This document shows, piece after piece, positions 16,280 through 29,315 of a stretch of 64,000 bases of DNA. Made by a program: the position numbers and the translations under genes. Below the pieces are notes generated by a model that searched no databases, was not told the DNA's origin, and worked only from the letters and a program-made list of their open reading frames with translations. The DNA is from the human T2T-CHM13v2.0 reference genome, Homo sapiens, in the NCBI RefSeq assembly GCF_009914755.1, contig NC_060942.1. One strand, 5' to 3'. The number at the start of each line of letters is the position of its first letter. Position 1 is the first letter of the stretch.

Positions 16280-16654
16280 TGATATGGTTAAACTTTGTGT
16301 CCTCACCCAAATCTCATCTTGAATTATCATCCCCATAATCCCCACATGTCAAGGGAGAGAACAGGTGGAGGTAATTTGATCATGGGTGCTGTTTCCCCCA
16401 TGCTGACCTCGTGATAGTGAGTGAGTTCTCATGAGATCTGATAGTTTTATAAGGGGCTCTTCCCCCTTCACTCCTCCTTCCTCTATCCTGTCACCATGTG
16501 AAGGTCTTTGCTTCTCCTTTGCCTTCCACCATGATTGTAAGTTTCCTGAGGCCTCCCTAGTCCTGCAGAACTGTGAGTCAATTAAACCTCTTTTCTTTAT
16601 AAATTACCCAGTCTTGGGTATGTGTGTATAGCAGTGTGAAAACAGACTAATATA
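16280..16654 (+). mobile_element. THE1 (C/D-like) MaLR solo LTR
   Basis: tgatatggtt...cccaaatctcatcttgaatt...gtgatagtgagtgagttctcatgagatctga...gaactgtgagtcaattaaacctctttt...gactaata. Confidence 0.92.
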
Positions 16655-17171
16655 GCCTCTAAGGATACTTCTCTTTTCTTATTTTACCACTAAAGAAATC
16701 TAATTACTTACCCTAACCATGTAATTGGCATTTACCTGATATTTTATGAGAAATTTAATAACATCAACCCAGTCCAAATTCAAAGAACTCTTTAGAGATT
16801 CAGCAAAACTAGTACGAGAAACAAGCTACTTTAATAGCTGTCTCCTACTAAGGCAAATTTCAAATCTCCTCTGACGTCTTACTGGAATGGAGAAAACAGC
16901 CAAGTCATCTGTTGCCACTTGTAATAAATTTAGGTTTTCAGGGTTTTATTCCATAGCTTAGGAAAGCCAAGAAAGGCAGCCAAACTGAGAAACTCCTGAA
17001 ACAATATGTCCATTGTACCATAAGTCAAATCTTCAAGGCTGTTAGTTATAAGACATGCCAGAGATTAAATATCATAATATCACAGGCTATCGTAAAACAG
17101 AAGAAGATGCTATATAACATATAACAGAGTTAGAAGGGACTGACCCTTACATTGGGTGTCTTTTTGGCAAT

Positions 17172-17307
17172 AGGCAGGAGAATCACTTGAACCCAGGAGG
17201 CGGAGTTTGCAGTGAGCAGAGGTCATGCCACTGTACTCCAGCCTGGGAGATGAGAGCAAAACTCTGTCTTGGAAAATTAATTAATTAATTAATTAAATAA
17301 AAATAAA
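17172..17307 (+). mobile_element. Alu right-arm fragment (AluS-like) with an (AATT)n-derived tail
   Basis: aggcaggagaatcacttgaacccaggaggcggag...actctgtct followed by aattaattaattaatt. Confidence 0.9.
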
Positions 17308-17839
17308 GTATATTTTAAAAAGTAATACTCAAGGCTTAGTGGAAAGATATAGAGCTCTCCTTGGTGAATATTTTTTGAGTAGTTCCCCACGGTCTACCAG
17401 AGAATATAGGCCACTGATGTAAAGATCTTTCCCCAGGTAAAATAAAAAGATACTGCAACGTGGAAGTTCCTCAGCCAAGTGGAATATGATTAATAACATG
17501 GCGCCCCAGCTCCCACTAGAACACAAATACAAAGCAGGAAAGGAGGCCACAAGCCCAGTATAATTAATTCCAGATAAAATCAGGTGACTGGGTCTCATAT
17601 TGTCCTCAGCACATGAACATTATGTCAGTCTGGCCAGAGTAAAACATGCAAGATTGGTGCCTCTATGACACCTAATAATAGACTAGCAGTCATAGCTATT
17701 CATGAGAACATTTTAGCTTGTCCTTTTTTTTTTTTCTCTCTTCATGTTTACATAAGTTTTGGCTGGCCCTGTGTGGATACGAACAGATTTCCTCAGAAAG
17801 CATATAGAAATGGAAGAGTATCAACATTTACTTTAGCCG

Positions 17840-18000
17840 ATTGGTGTCAGACATTTCTGGGTACTTCGCTGATATCATACTATTTAATCCACGGAGAGGA
17901 CCTCTGCAAAGTTCTTTCCATATTACACATGAAAATAACATAGAGATTAACAATTTTTCCAAAATCAAACAGGTTTTAAGTACCAGGGTCAAATGTAATT
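17840..18000 (-). mobile_element. MIR remnant (tentative)
   Basis: tttaatcc...tccatattacacatgaaaataacatagagattaacaatttttccaaaatcaaacag. Confidence 0.4.
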
Positions 18001-18423
18001 ACAGAAATTAAATGACACACAAAAATGCCTTGAAGTGAAAAGAGAAAGTATTTATTTTTTACACAGTATTTTTTGTTTTGCCTAGAAGAAAAAAAAAGAG
18101 ACTTTGTATGTACTACCAAATTGACAGAAAGTGAGATTACAGGTAATTATATTTTTATTGTGTTTTATTTAATTATTAAAGGCAACATAAATTATTCATA
18201 TAATTAAAAATCATTGAAAAATCAGCACTGGCCTAATTAAAACCAAAGTATATATTTTTTATATTATGCCACATGACTTGAGAATTGATATTCATTCACC
18301 AAAGCTTACTGTCTACATAAATACAGCTTTACTATTCTTTAGGAAACTCTTAACACAGAAAAAAAAAATTTACAATATTTGTTATCATCCATTCTAGAAA
18401 ATTTTGGAAAGATCCATCAACTT

Positions 18424-18491
18424 TTTAGTATAAATAATAAAACAACAGTTATACCTTTAGTATAAATAATAAAACAACAGTTATACCTTTA
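18424..18491. repeat. Perfect 32-bp tandem duplication (2 copies plus 4 bp)
   Basis: tttagtataaataataaaacaacagttatacc at 18424-18455 and 18456-18487. Confidence 0.95.
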
Positions 18492-18526
18492 AGACTCTTT
18501 GAATTCCTTGCCTCAAAATCTTCACC

Positions 18527-19038
<512 letters not shown>

Positions 19039-19246
19039 AATGCCAAACTCCTAAAAAAATTGTTGGCTTCTTATCTGCTTGATTCCATTCATTGTGGTAA
19101 GACAATAGGCATGCTTACATTTTTTCCCCCTGACATCCTGACATAGTTATTTCTTTAAATCTCAGTTAGGTGAAAATAGATGGAAAAATCAAACATTCTC
19201 TATCATTTTATAATAATTGGAAGAAACCATGTTTGGGGCAAAGTTC

Positions 19247-19445
19247 TGTCAAATGCTAAATACTCTAAATTATTATTATTTTTTTAATTTTGTGACTAAA
19301 ACAAAGCTGAGTTTATTTCTTACCATGGTAAGGAGAAACACTAACTCAATACAGTATTCATAGCTTCTCCATAGCAGAAGGGCATTTTTTTTTCTTATCA
19401 AAGTCTGATTTAAGGAAGGTCTTTAATGTGGTGTCTTGGGATCAT
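19247..19445 (-). mobile_element. ERVL-class LTR 3'-end fragment (MER76/LTR53-like)
   Basis: Reverse complement reads gtgtttctccttaccatggtaagaaataaactcagctttgttttagtcaca...agcatttgaca, the same end motif as the LTR at 49980-50636. Confidence 0.5.
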
Positions 19446-19460
19446 GATATAATTTAAACA

Positions 19461-19663
19461 AACAAAGCAACAGCTGGGACTAAAGACACTGAAGTTTTGA
19501 GATTTAAAACAATCTTAGGCCAAAATCCACAGGCATCAAATGAACTAACAAAATTACTCAGTTCTAAGGAAGCATTATTTTGAGGCACAATGTAAATAAA
19601 TATGGCCACAAAGAATGATGGAAGGACACAATGTCTGAGAAGCTGGAGCCAGGAGCTACATGA
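19461..19663 (-). repeat. Right arm of the ~203-bp inverted duplication (Alu-free)
   Basis: aacaaagcaacagctggg...ggagccaggagctacatga is the reverse complement of the left arm. Confidence 0.93.
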
Positions 19664-19699
19664 AAAATATACAAGGGAGCTCCTCCTAGGAAGTAGAAT

Positions 19700-19910
19700 C
19701 TCTACCTTAGCAGAGGATTTCAGACTTGCCATGTACCAGTGACAGCTGTGCATTTTAAATTTCAGGGGTTTTTTGTTATTATCGAGTAACATAGGCCATT
19801 CCAATGAATACATGTTCTCATAGAGACTTGTAAGGATTGAAAGGTTATCTATATTAAATTCTTAGTACCCGGCACAAAAGAACCACTATGTGTGCATTTG
19901 CTATTGTTTC
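19700..19910 (+). mobile_element. MIR remnant
   Basis: ctcatagagacttgtaaggattgaa...cttagtacccggcaca...tttgctattg. Confidence 0.5.
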
Positions 19911-20769
19911 AACCTACTTAGGTTAGTTTCTAGACAAGATTGGATAGTTGACAAAGTTTGTCATTTTTCTCCAATTCCTTTTAAAATAATTAATTTTTCA
20001 TCCATGGATCTCGGTGCCATACCACTGTGCTATAAGCATTGAGGGTCACTTCAAACTGGTTTCTCTTAAGTCTGTACATAACAGTATCGTCTTATTAATG
20101 GTTATAAGAGCCAGGACACCTTACTAGACAAAAACCATGCTAGCTTATAGAATCTTGATATTATTTTAGTAACACTGTAATTTGTAAGTAGACATCATTA
20201 GAACTGGACCATAGGTACTTCAAAAACAGGCTTTCTGATTGAAATGTGGGAAGAGTGAAAGAGAAAAATGGGCATATTTTCCTCTACAACCACATATTAG
20301 TTTTGACCTCATTACATTCCCAAAATAATCCCCATGGAGTGTCAGGGGATGGAAGTATTATGATCAAGAAAAATGGGGCAAACAAGCAGCCACTTAACCC
20401 TCATTCTCAATCTAAAGACATTGATCATGGAATCGGCTTCTTATTTTCTCCTCAATGCTTCACAAATTGTGACATTCATTTGATATCTTAATGCTTGGTT
20501 CTTTCTCCCAAGAATAGCAACAATAGATGGGATAACTACCCCCTGTAGTTAGAAAGGTTCTATACATTACCTAAAGTAAAGGTACATACACCATACATGT
20601 ACACAATGTTTACATTAACACTGACAATCAATGCTTAAAAGAGATGAAAATGCAGGCTGGAGAGCCACAGAAATGACCAATATGGAACAACTTTGACTTC
20701 CAAACCTCAGTAAATGGGGAGATTAGCATACTGCCTCAGTACTAATTTCTGCCCCTCACTGCATATGTA

Positions 20770-21250
20770 ATAAATTAAATTTAATTCTATATCAAGCACC
20801 AGCCTTCAGTAAGGTAGTATACTAGGCATAGGAAATAGGAATACTAGTAACTCTCAGTGCTATTCTTATGATATTTTAAACTTAATATGAAAGGAAAGAT
20901 TTCAAAAAGGAATATGGAATAAGATATAAATTCTATTAGAGATTCTCTAATGTCTCTGTAGATCTAAAGCAGGCATCATTACCAAGTTGGAATATTAAGA
21001 AAATCAATTTCTTTGATGAGTTACTTGGCAAATAGTAGACACTTTTGATTGAATAAATGAACTTAATTTTGACAAGTGAAATGAAGGTGAGGAGAATCCC
21101 ATATAAAAGGATTTATACTTATGAAAACACAAAGATAGAAAATTGTGCTATGTGATTTTTTTCACGAAGCTAAGTTGTTTGATTAGGTTGAAATTCTGAG
21201 TATATGCATAAGAATGACATTGGTTAAGGCTAGAAAAATAGGTTGCTGTC
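20770..21250 (-). mobile_element. L2 remnants (tentative)
   Basis: atcaagcacc...tatactaggcataggaaatag and a purine-rich L2-like stretch. Confidence 0.35.
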
Positions 21251-21254
21251 TGTT

Positions 21255-21350
21255 GATCATGCCAGGCATGCTCCTGTCTCTAGACCTTTTCCCTTTCTGT
21301 TCTCTCTGCCTGAAACCCTTTAATTCTTTATATTCACTTAATTCACTTTC
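21255..21350 (+). mobile_element. L2 fragment, 5' part of the L2 split by the L1PA insertion
   Basis: catgccaggcatgctcctgtctctagaccttt...tctgttctctctgcctgaaac. Confidence 0.65.
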
Positions 21351-24300
21351 TTTTTTTTTTTAACAGTGATAAGCTTTTAATGTAGTTAAATATGGCAAAA
21401 CAAATCAATACTTGGTTCTTTATTATTTTATTTTATTTTATTTTTATTCTTTAAGTTCTATGGTACATGTGCACAATGTGCTGGTTTGTTACATAGGTAT
21501 ACATGTGCCTTATTGGTTTGCTGCACCTATCAACTCGTCATTTACATTAGGTATTTCTCTTGCTATCCCTCCTCCCGGTCCCCATCCTATGACAGGCACC
21601 AGTGTGTGATGTTCCCTGCCCTGTGTCCGTGTGTCCTCATTGTTCAACTCCCATCTATGAGTGAGAACACGCGGTGTTTGGTTTTCTGTCCTTGTGATAG
21701 TTTGCTTGGAATGATGGTTCCCAGCTTCATCCATGTCCCTGCAAAGGACATGAACTCATCCTTTTTTTATGGCGGCATAGTATTTCATGGTGTATATGTG
21801 CCACATTTTCTTAATCCAGTCTATCATTGATGTACATTTGGGTTAGTTCCAAGTCTTTGCTATTGTGAATAGTGCCACAATAAACATACGCGTGCATGTG
21901 TCTTTATACTAGCATGATTTATAATCCTTTCGGTATATACCCAGCAATGGGATCTCTGGGTCAAAAGGTTTCTCTTGTTCTAGATCCTTGAGGAATCACC
22001 ACACTGTCTTCCACAATGGTTGAACTAATTTACACTCCCACCAACAGTGTGAAAGCGTTCCTATTTCTCCACATCCTCTCCAGCATCTGTTGTTTCCTAA
22101 CTTTTTAATGATCGTCATTCAAACTGGCGTGAGATGGTATCTTATTGTGGTTCTGATTTGTATTTCTCTGATGATGAGTAATGATGAGCATTTTTTTGTA
22201 TGTCTGTTGGCTGCATAAATGTCTTTTGAGAAGTGTCTGTTCATATCCTTTGCCCACTTTTTAAAGGGGTTGTTTGTTTTTTCTTGTAACTTTGTTTAAG
22301 TTCTTTGTAGATTCTGGATATTAGCCCTTTGTCCAATGGGTAGAATGCAAAGATTTTCTCCCATTCTGTAGGTTGCCTGTTCACTCTGATGATTGTTTCT
22401 TTTGCTGTGCAGAAGCTCTTTAGTTTAATTAGATCCCATTTGTCAATTTTGGCTTTTGTTGCCATTGCTTTTGGTGTTTTAATCATTAAGTCTTTGCCCG
22501 TGCCTATGTCCTGAATGGTATTGCCTACATTTTCTTCTAGGGTTTTTATGGTGTTAGGACTTACATTTAAGTCTTTACTCCATCTTGGGTTAATTTTTGT
22601 AGAAGGTGTAAGAGAAGGATCAAGTTTCAGCTTTCTACATATGGCTAGCTAATTTTCCCACCACCAATTATTACATAGGGAATCCTTTCCCAATTTCTTG
22701 TTTTTGTCAGGTGTGTCAAAGATCAGGTGGTTGTAGATGTGTGGTGTTATTTCTGAGGCCTCTGTTCTGTTCCATTGGTTTATATATATGTTTTGGTACC
22801 AGTACCATGCTGTTTTGGTTACTGTAGCCTTGTAGTATAGTTTGAAGTCAGTGATGCCTCCAGCTTTGTTCTTTATGCTTAGAATTGTCTTGGCTATGTG
22901 GGCTCTTCTTTGGTTCCATATGAACTTTAGTTTTTCCAATTCTATGAAGAAAGTCAGTGGTAGCTTGATGGGGATAGCATTGAATCTATAAATTACCTGG
23001 GGCAGTATGGCCATTTTCACGATATTGATTCTTCCTATCCATGAGCATGGAATTTTCTTCCATTTATTTGTGTCCTCTTTTATTTTGTTGAGCAGTGGTG
23101 TGTAGTTCTCCTTGAAGAGGTCCTTCACATCCCTTGTAAGTTGGATTCCTAGGTATTTTATTTTCTTTGTAGTAATTGTGAATGGGAGTTCACTCATGAT
23201 TTGGCTCTCTATTATTGGTGTATAGGAATGCTTGTGAATTTTGCACATTGATTTTGTATCCTGAGACTTCGCTGAAGTTGCTTATCAGTTTAAGGAGGTT
23301 TTGAGCTGATATTGTGGGATTTTCTAAATATACAATCATGTCATCTGCAAAGAGAGACAATTTGACTTCCTTTTTTCCTAATTGAATACGTTTATTTCTT
23401 TTTCTTGCCTGATTGCCCTAGCCAGAACTTCTAACACTATGTTGAATAGGAGTAGTGAGAGAGGGCGTCCTTGTCTTGTGCCAGTTTTCAAAGGGAATGC
23501 TTCCAGTTTTTGCCCATTCTGTATGACATTGGCTGTGGGTTTGTCATAAATAGTTATTATTTTGAGATACATTCCATCAATACCTAGTTTATTGAGAGTT
23601 TTTCGCATGAAGGGCTGTTGAATTTTGTCGAAGGCCTTTTCTGCATCTATTGAGATAATAATGTGTTTTTTTTTCATTGGTTCTGTTCATGTGATGGAAT
23701 ATGTTTATTGTTTTGCGTATGTTGGACCAGCCTTGCATCCCAGGGATGAAGCTGACTTGATCATGGTGGATAAGCTTTTTGATATGCTGCTGGATTCGAT
23801 TTGCCAGTATTTTATTGAGGATTTTTGCATCGATGTTCATCAGGGATATTGGCCTAAAATTCTCTTTTTTTGTTGTGTCTCTACCAGGCTTTAGTATCAG
23901 GATGATGCTAGACTCATAAAATGATTTAGGGAGGATTCCCTCTATTTCTATTTATTGAAATAGTTTCAGAAGGAATGGTACCAACTCCTCTTTGTACCTC
24001 TGGTAGAAATAGGCTGTGAATCCGCCTGGTCCTGGACTTTTTTGGGTAGGTAGGCTATTAATTATTGCCTCAATTTCAGAAGCTGTTATTGGTCTGTTCA
24101 GAGATTCAACTTCTTCCTGGTTTAGTCTTGGGAGGTTGTATGTGTCCAGGAGTTTATCCATTTCTTCTAGATTTTCTAGTTCATTTCTGTAGAAGTGTTT
24201 ATGGTATTCTCTGATGGTAGTTTGTATTTCTGTGGGATCAGTGGTGATATCCTCTCTATCGTTTTTTATTGTGTCTATTTGATTCTTCTCTCTCTTCTTG

Positions 24301-25156
24301 CTAGCGGTCTATTTTGCTGATCTTTTCAAAAAACCAGATCCTGGATTCATTGATTTTTTTGAAGGTTTTTCTTTTGTGCCTCTATCTCCTTCAGTTCTAC
24401 TCTGATCTTAGTTATTTCTTGCCTTCTGCTAGCTTATGAATTTGTTTGGTCTTACTTCTCTGGTTCTTTTAATTGTGATGTTATGGTGTCGATTGTAGAT
24501 CTTTCCTGCTTTCTCTTGTGGGCATTTAGTGCTATAAATTTCCCTCTACACACTGCTTTAAATGTGTCCCAGAGATTCTAGTACGTTGTGTCTTTTTCTC
24601 ATTGGTTTCAAAGAACATCTTTATTTCTGCCTTAATTTCGTTATGTAGCCAGTAGTCTTTCAGGAGCAGGTTTTTCAGTTTCCATGTAGTTGTGCAGTTT
24701 TGAGTGAGTTTCTTAATCCTGAGTTCTAATTTGATTGCACTGTGGTCTGAGAGACAGTTTGCTGTGATTTCTGTTCTTTTACATTTGCTGAGGAGTGTTT
24801 TACTACGAATTACGTAATCAGTTTTAGAATAAGTGTGACTTGGTGCTGAGAAGAATGTGTATTCTCTTGATTTGGGGTGTAGAGTTCTGTAGATGTCTAT
24901 TAGGTCCTCTTAGTCCAGAACTGAGTTCAAGTCCCGGATATCCTTGTTAACCTTCTGTCTCGTTGATTTGTCTAATACTGACAGTGGGGTGTTAAAGTCT
25001 CCCATTTTTATTGTGTGGGAGTCTAAGTCTCTTTGTAGGTCGCTAAGGACTTGCTTTATGAATCTGGATGCTCCTATATTGGGTGCATATATATTTAAGA
25101 TAGCTCTTCTTGTTGAATCGATCCCTTTACCATTATGTAGTGGCCTTCTTTGTCTC
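21351..25156 (-). mobile_element. 5'-truncated L1PA (L1PA6-like), about 3.8 kb including a 3' transduction; ORF2 inactivated
   Basis: ORF2 peptides in the ORF track ([55 protein letters not shown]); L1PA 3'UTR at about 21448-21700; 21-bp TSD tattcacttaattcactttct at 21331-21351 and 25157-25177. Confidence 0.97.
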
Positions 25157-25177
25157 TATTCACTTAATTCACTTTCT

Positions 25178-25472
25178 CACCTCCTACAAATAGATATGCA
25201 TCCATCAGCACCTCCTCAGAGACAGCTTGCTTGGCTACCCTTCCTGAAATAAGGCTGTCACTATGTAAAACTGGTTCTATTTTATTTTTCTTTAAAACCT
25301 GAGTGTTATTTTACATAATACCATGGTTTCTTTGTTTCTTGTCTTTGCCTCTACTGAAATGCAAACTTCCTGGAGGCAGAGAGTTTTCTGTTTGCTTTAT
25401 AGACTGTATTTGCCTCCAAGGTCAATGGCAGACATATAACAGTAGCTCAACAAATATTTATTTAATGTGTGA
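25178..25472 (+). mobile_element. L2 3' end, continuing 21255-21350
   Basis: cacctcctcagaga...ctactgaaatgcaaacttcctggaggcagagag...agtagctcaacaaatatttattta. Confidence 0.75.
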
Positions 25473-25479
25473 GACTATA

Positions 25480-26430
25480 TTGATAACTTTGGGGTAGGGG
25501 AGGATTTCTTAATTAGAAGAAGCACAAACTTTGAAGTAAAAGTGATACATTCGATGACATTGAAATTTAAAAATTTCGTACTACAAAATCATCTTTTTTC
25601 TCCCTCATGTCTTACAATCTGTTCATACAAAAGCATCTTGAATAAAGTAAAAGACAAGCCATGTAATTAAATATATAAAATAGCTCTCATAAAATAAAAG
25701 TGAAATGATAAAAGAGGTAACAAGGGAAAAATCAAACTTATAAGCAGGCCATTCACAAGAGAAAACAAGAACGTATATAAAATGATTAATTTCACTAATA
25801 ATCACAGAATGCAAATTGAAACTGTTTCACCACCATTAGATGACAAAAGTAGGATAAATAGATAGATAGATGAAAATATAAGAATACGAAGAAATTTATA
25901 ATTGCAGAAAGCAGTAAAATTGTTACCACTACCTATCTGTATATGTTTGGGAAACCTCAGAATAATGGCACAAGATTAGGCGCATAAGAATATGTATCAT
26001 AGTATCTTTCACTAGTTTAAAACATTGGAAACAATTTAAATATCCAAATCCAAGAAAATATGTGCATAAATTATGTCACTTATGTTCATACAGTAAAATA
26101 AAAATGAATGTTAAAAAAACAGAAACAAATAGGTAAATGATGCCTGATTGATAGACGGTCATTTCTGAGTATCTAAAAATCTAAAAATATGCTACTGCAT
26201 ATTTCTATGTAGTAAGCATGTAGTAAAACTATAAAAATATTTAAGTAAAAGATAAGTAAAAATCTTGTAGTGGTTATTTGTGAGAAGAGAGAGGTAAATG
26301 AGATGATGAAGACATACATATTGGGCCTGATTCTCCAGTCAAAAGATTAAAAAAACAAAACAAGTTTGAGATACATAGTTGTTTCATTTTAATACTCACT
26401 ATAACTTTCAGTCTATTTGAAATATTTTAT
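25480..26430 (+). mobile_element. Old L1 (L1ME-type) ORF2 3' end and 3'UTR
   Basis: ttggggtaggggaggatttcttaa, aggccattcacaaga, actaataatcacagaatgcaaattgaaac and attggaaacaatttaaatatcca. Confidence 0.7.
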
Positions 26431-27227
26431 TATATATGTGTGTAAATATGTATATGTTATGAGTTTTATTTATACTAATCTAAGATATTACTAAAACACA
26501 ATTGAAATAGTGGCCACTTCCAATCTCCTAAACCCACTTAAATTCTTGCCACTATCTGATAACTTAAAATAATGTATGGCTGATTCCTTTAAACTTTCCC
26601 TATATCCATATCTATATTTAGGTCTCTAACCATATGCCTTTGCATTGAGGGCACTATTGTCTTCAACAGCTGGTGGTAATCTAATACTCCCCTATTTGGG
26701 TAGACTTTACAAAAAATTAAGAAGTCAGTTACCTAATAGTGTGGTTTGCAAAGTTATGGTAATACATTCTTGCCCCCAAACAGTCTTCTTGATACTTGAA
26801 ATATGTCAAGTACTGCTTTATTCCTTTAAGGTGAATATCATCCTCTTCATTCTTCCACATTGAAATGCAAATTTTCCTGGTATGATTTGCATTTTAGTTA
26901 ATCCCCTAATACTTTAGAGTTAATGAGTTTATCTAAGCCTGTCTTCTGACAGAAAGGCACAGTACTAACTGAAAAGCCTTTTGATCATTTTGGGGATGTG
27001 TAAGACATACATGTGTTACTAAAAGTAGGGGTGAAAGGTACAGATTAGAGACAAAACTCTACAAGATATTCCTTAGAGACCTGACAGTCTCACAGAAAGT
27101 TGGACGGGATCTATCACTTTCCTTCTTGTCATTATATTTTAGTTATAGAAGTTCTCACTTTTGTTCAAAAGTACCTAACCAACTCACTGGCCCAATACAC
27201 TCATCAAAAAGAGCCCAAACCCAAAAC

Positions 27228-27249
27228 ATATATATATATATATATATAT
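27228..27249. repeat. (AT)11 microsatellite
   Basis: Alternating AT run. Confidence 0.9.
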
Positions 27250-27282
27250 TTCCCTATGCTTATGACATTACTGATACCCTCA

Positions 27283-27500
27283 CTGGTGTTATGTAGAAAG
27301 AATAGAAAGAACTTTGGGATGGAATTACAAAATCCTGGGCTAAAACTCCAGCTATACTTATTCTAGTAAAATATTTCTATTAACTCGAGCCTCCAACTTT
27401 TCCAAATTCTACAGAATAAACAATATCTATACATTTAGCTCACAGATCACTACGGGGATCAAGATGAATGAAGATTATGAAAGTAGTTTGTAAATTATAA
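27283..27500 (+). mobile_element. MIR remnant
   Basis: cctgggctaaaactccagct...ctcacaga...ggggatcaagatga...atgaaagtagtttgtaaa. Confidence 0.55.
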
Positions 27501-27510
27501 TATAATCTTA

Positions 27511-28040
27511 TATACAGTAATTAGGATGTTTTTCATTGCAGGTAATAATAAACTCATGTCTAACTTAAACAATAGAGGCAGCTGTTTGCTCATGTTGATA
27601 GAAAGTCCAGGATTTATAGCTTCAGGCTCAATTCTATCTGGGTTTTGGCTCAATTTCTCTAAAATTCTGGTACTCCCTATGCCATTATCTGAATACTAGC
27701 TTCATCCTCAACCCTGTACCCTCATGATCACAAAGTGGTTGCCAGAAGCAAATTGACCCATCTGCTTTTTCAGTGATGTCCAGAAGGTGTGGAGGGAGGA
27801 GGTCAAATACCATAATTATCAAATATGTTTCTGAGTGTCATACTGATTGTCTCCCATTGAAACTCACTGACCATCTCTGTGGCCAGAGGAATGTCACACA
27901 CTAATTGGCATAGGTCTTCACCATCACTGGCACAGGAGAGATGAGACTGCATAGACTGCCTTAGGTCAACCAGAACTGGCCTCTACAGGTGTGGTTAATC
28001 CCACCTAAATTACAGTGAGGGTGGATGAAATGCTTCTCCC
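27511..28040 (-). mobile_element. Old MaLR LTR (MLT1K/L-like)
   Basis: ttaggatgtttttcattgcaggtaa...gaaagtccagg...gcttcaggc...ccatctctgtggccagaggaatg. Confidence 0.6.
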
Positions 28041-29079
28041 ACTTATAATCACATACCAATTGGCATGAACAGACTGTTTTATTTATTTCATTAATACTAA
28101 CTATACAAATATTATTATTGCTACTTGTACTACGCTACTGTTATTATTTCTACCATGGTTATGATATCCTTCTAGAAATTAAAGAATAATCACAGATGAA
28201 GAGAATTGTTACTGTTTTGTCAAGCACAATTAACGTGCAGTTGATCTGATTTTATTGCCAAATAAGGTCTCATGATCAGTATGTGTTAGAGCACTGTTTT
28301 TTAAAACTCAAAACAGTTTTGTTTTTTCTCCATTTTTCTTGATCACTGGGGCATATTATGGTGTCTTTCCATAAGAGTTAAAGTAATTATTTGCAAAGTA
28401 ACCTTTCCTCTTCTTCTCATTGACTGATGGCCAATCAATTTGTCTTGAAAACTCATTGAAATTGATTTCATAAACAGAGTCAAAATGAACACAGTAGAGA
28501 AATACATACTGTAATTTGTGGAACCTACAGGAATCAAATTTGTTTTTATTAAACAAATATCTTAATAAAATGGAAGTGTCAATAACATGCAATTTTTGGA
28601 GGATGATTCCAACAAACTTATGGTTTTAGGGTACTCAAAACTCTGTGATGAGCCCTTTCTACAATGACATTCTATGAATATATAAACTTATATACAAGGA
28701 TTATGAAATGACCATTGCCATGATGTTCCCACTTCTATTTTACTTTTAGAGAGGGCATATGAAATGATTTTGAAATTTCATATTGCCTTGTGGTTTTTAA
28801 TCTAATCAACTGCATTAAATTTAATTACACTAATTAATTACATTATTGTATTGATTAAGCATACACAGATTAGGAAACACAGCCTCTTCTCTGTTGAAGC
28901 CTGAAATACAGTTAGTAATAATAGGATATCGGCTTTAAAAGTCACTAATAATATAAAATTATTAGAGGCTTATTCATGAGCATAAAATAAGACCACTAAT
29001 ATCAAAACCTCTTGAAGAAAGAAGATATTACTGAGGGCTAGGACTGTCAAAATAGCTTTTGTGAAAGTTACACAACTTC

Positions 29080-29315
29080 TGAACAATGAGAACACATGGA
29101 CACAGGGAGGGGAACATCACACGCTGGGGCCTGCCAGAGGGTTGGGGGCTAGGGGAGACAGAGCATTAGGGCAAATACCTAATGCATACAGGGCTTAAAA
29201 CCTAGATGATGGGTTGTTAGAGGAACAAACCATCATGACATTACATGTATACCTATGTAACAAACCTGCACATTCTGTACATGTATCCCAGAATTTAAAG
29301 TAAAATTTAAAAAAA
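29080..29315 (+). mobile_element. L1PA 3'-end fragment (L1PA8-10-like)
   Basis: gaacaatgagaacacatggacacagggaggggaacatcacac...gggcttaaaacctagatgatgggtt...tatacctatgtaacaaacctgcac followed by an A tail. Confidence 0.92.

Noticed and set aside
16371-16385. DUX4 site in the THE1 LTR
   Set aside because: It reads taatttgatca, which departs from the TAAYYYAATCA-type motif in the AATCA half, so activity cannot be claimed.
18424-18491. 32-bp direct repeats as a CRISPR-like array
   Set aside because: Only two abutting copies with no spacers, no cas genes, and a primate genomic context.
19454-19813. 119-aa ORF with a paralogous ORF at 18581-18826
   Set aside because: The similarity comes from the DNA inverted duplication. 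One ORF runs into an Alu and the other starts in a MIR, with no protein-family resemblance or splice evidence.
22241-24161. ORFs of 69-199 aa with reverse-transcriptase-like peptides
   Set aside because: These are frameshifted fragments of L1 ORF2 in a 5'-truncated L1PA, not a host gene or an active element.
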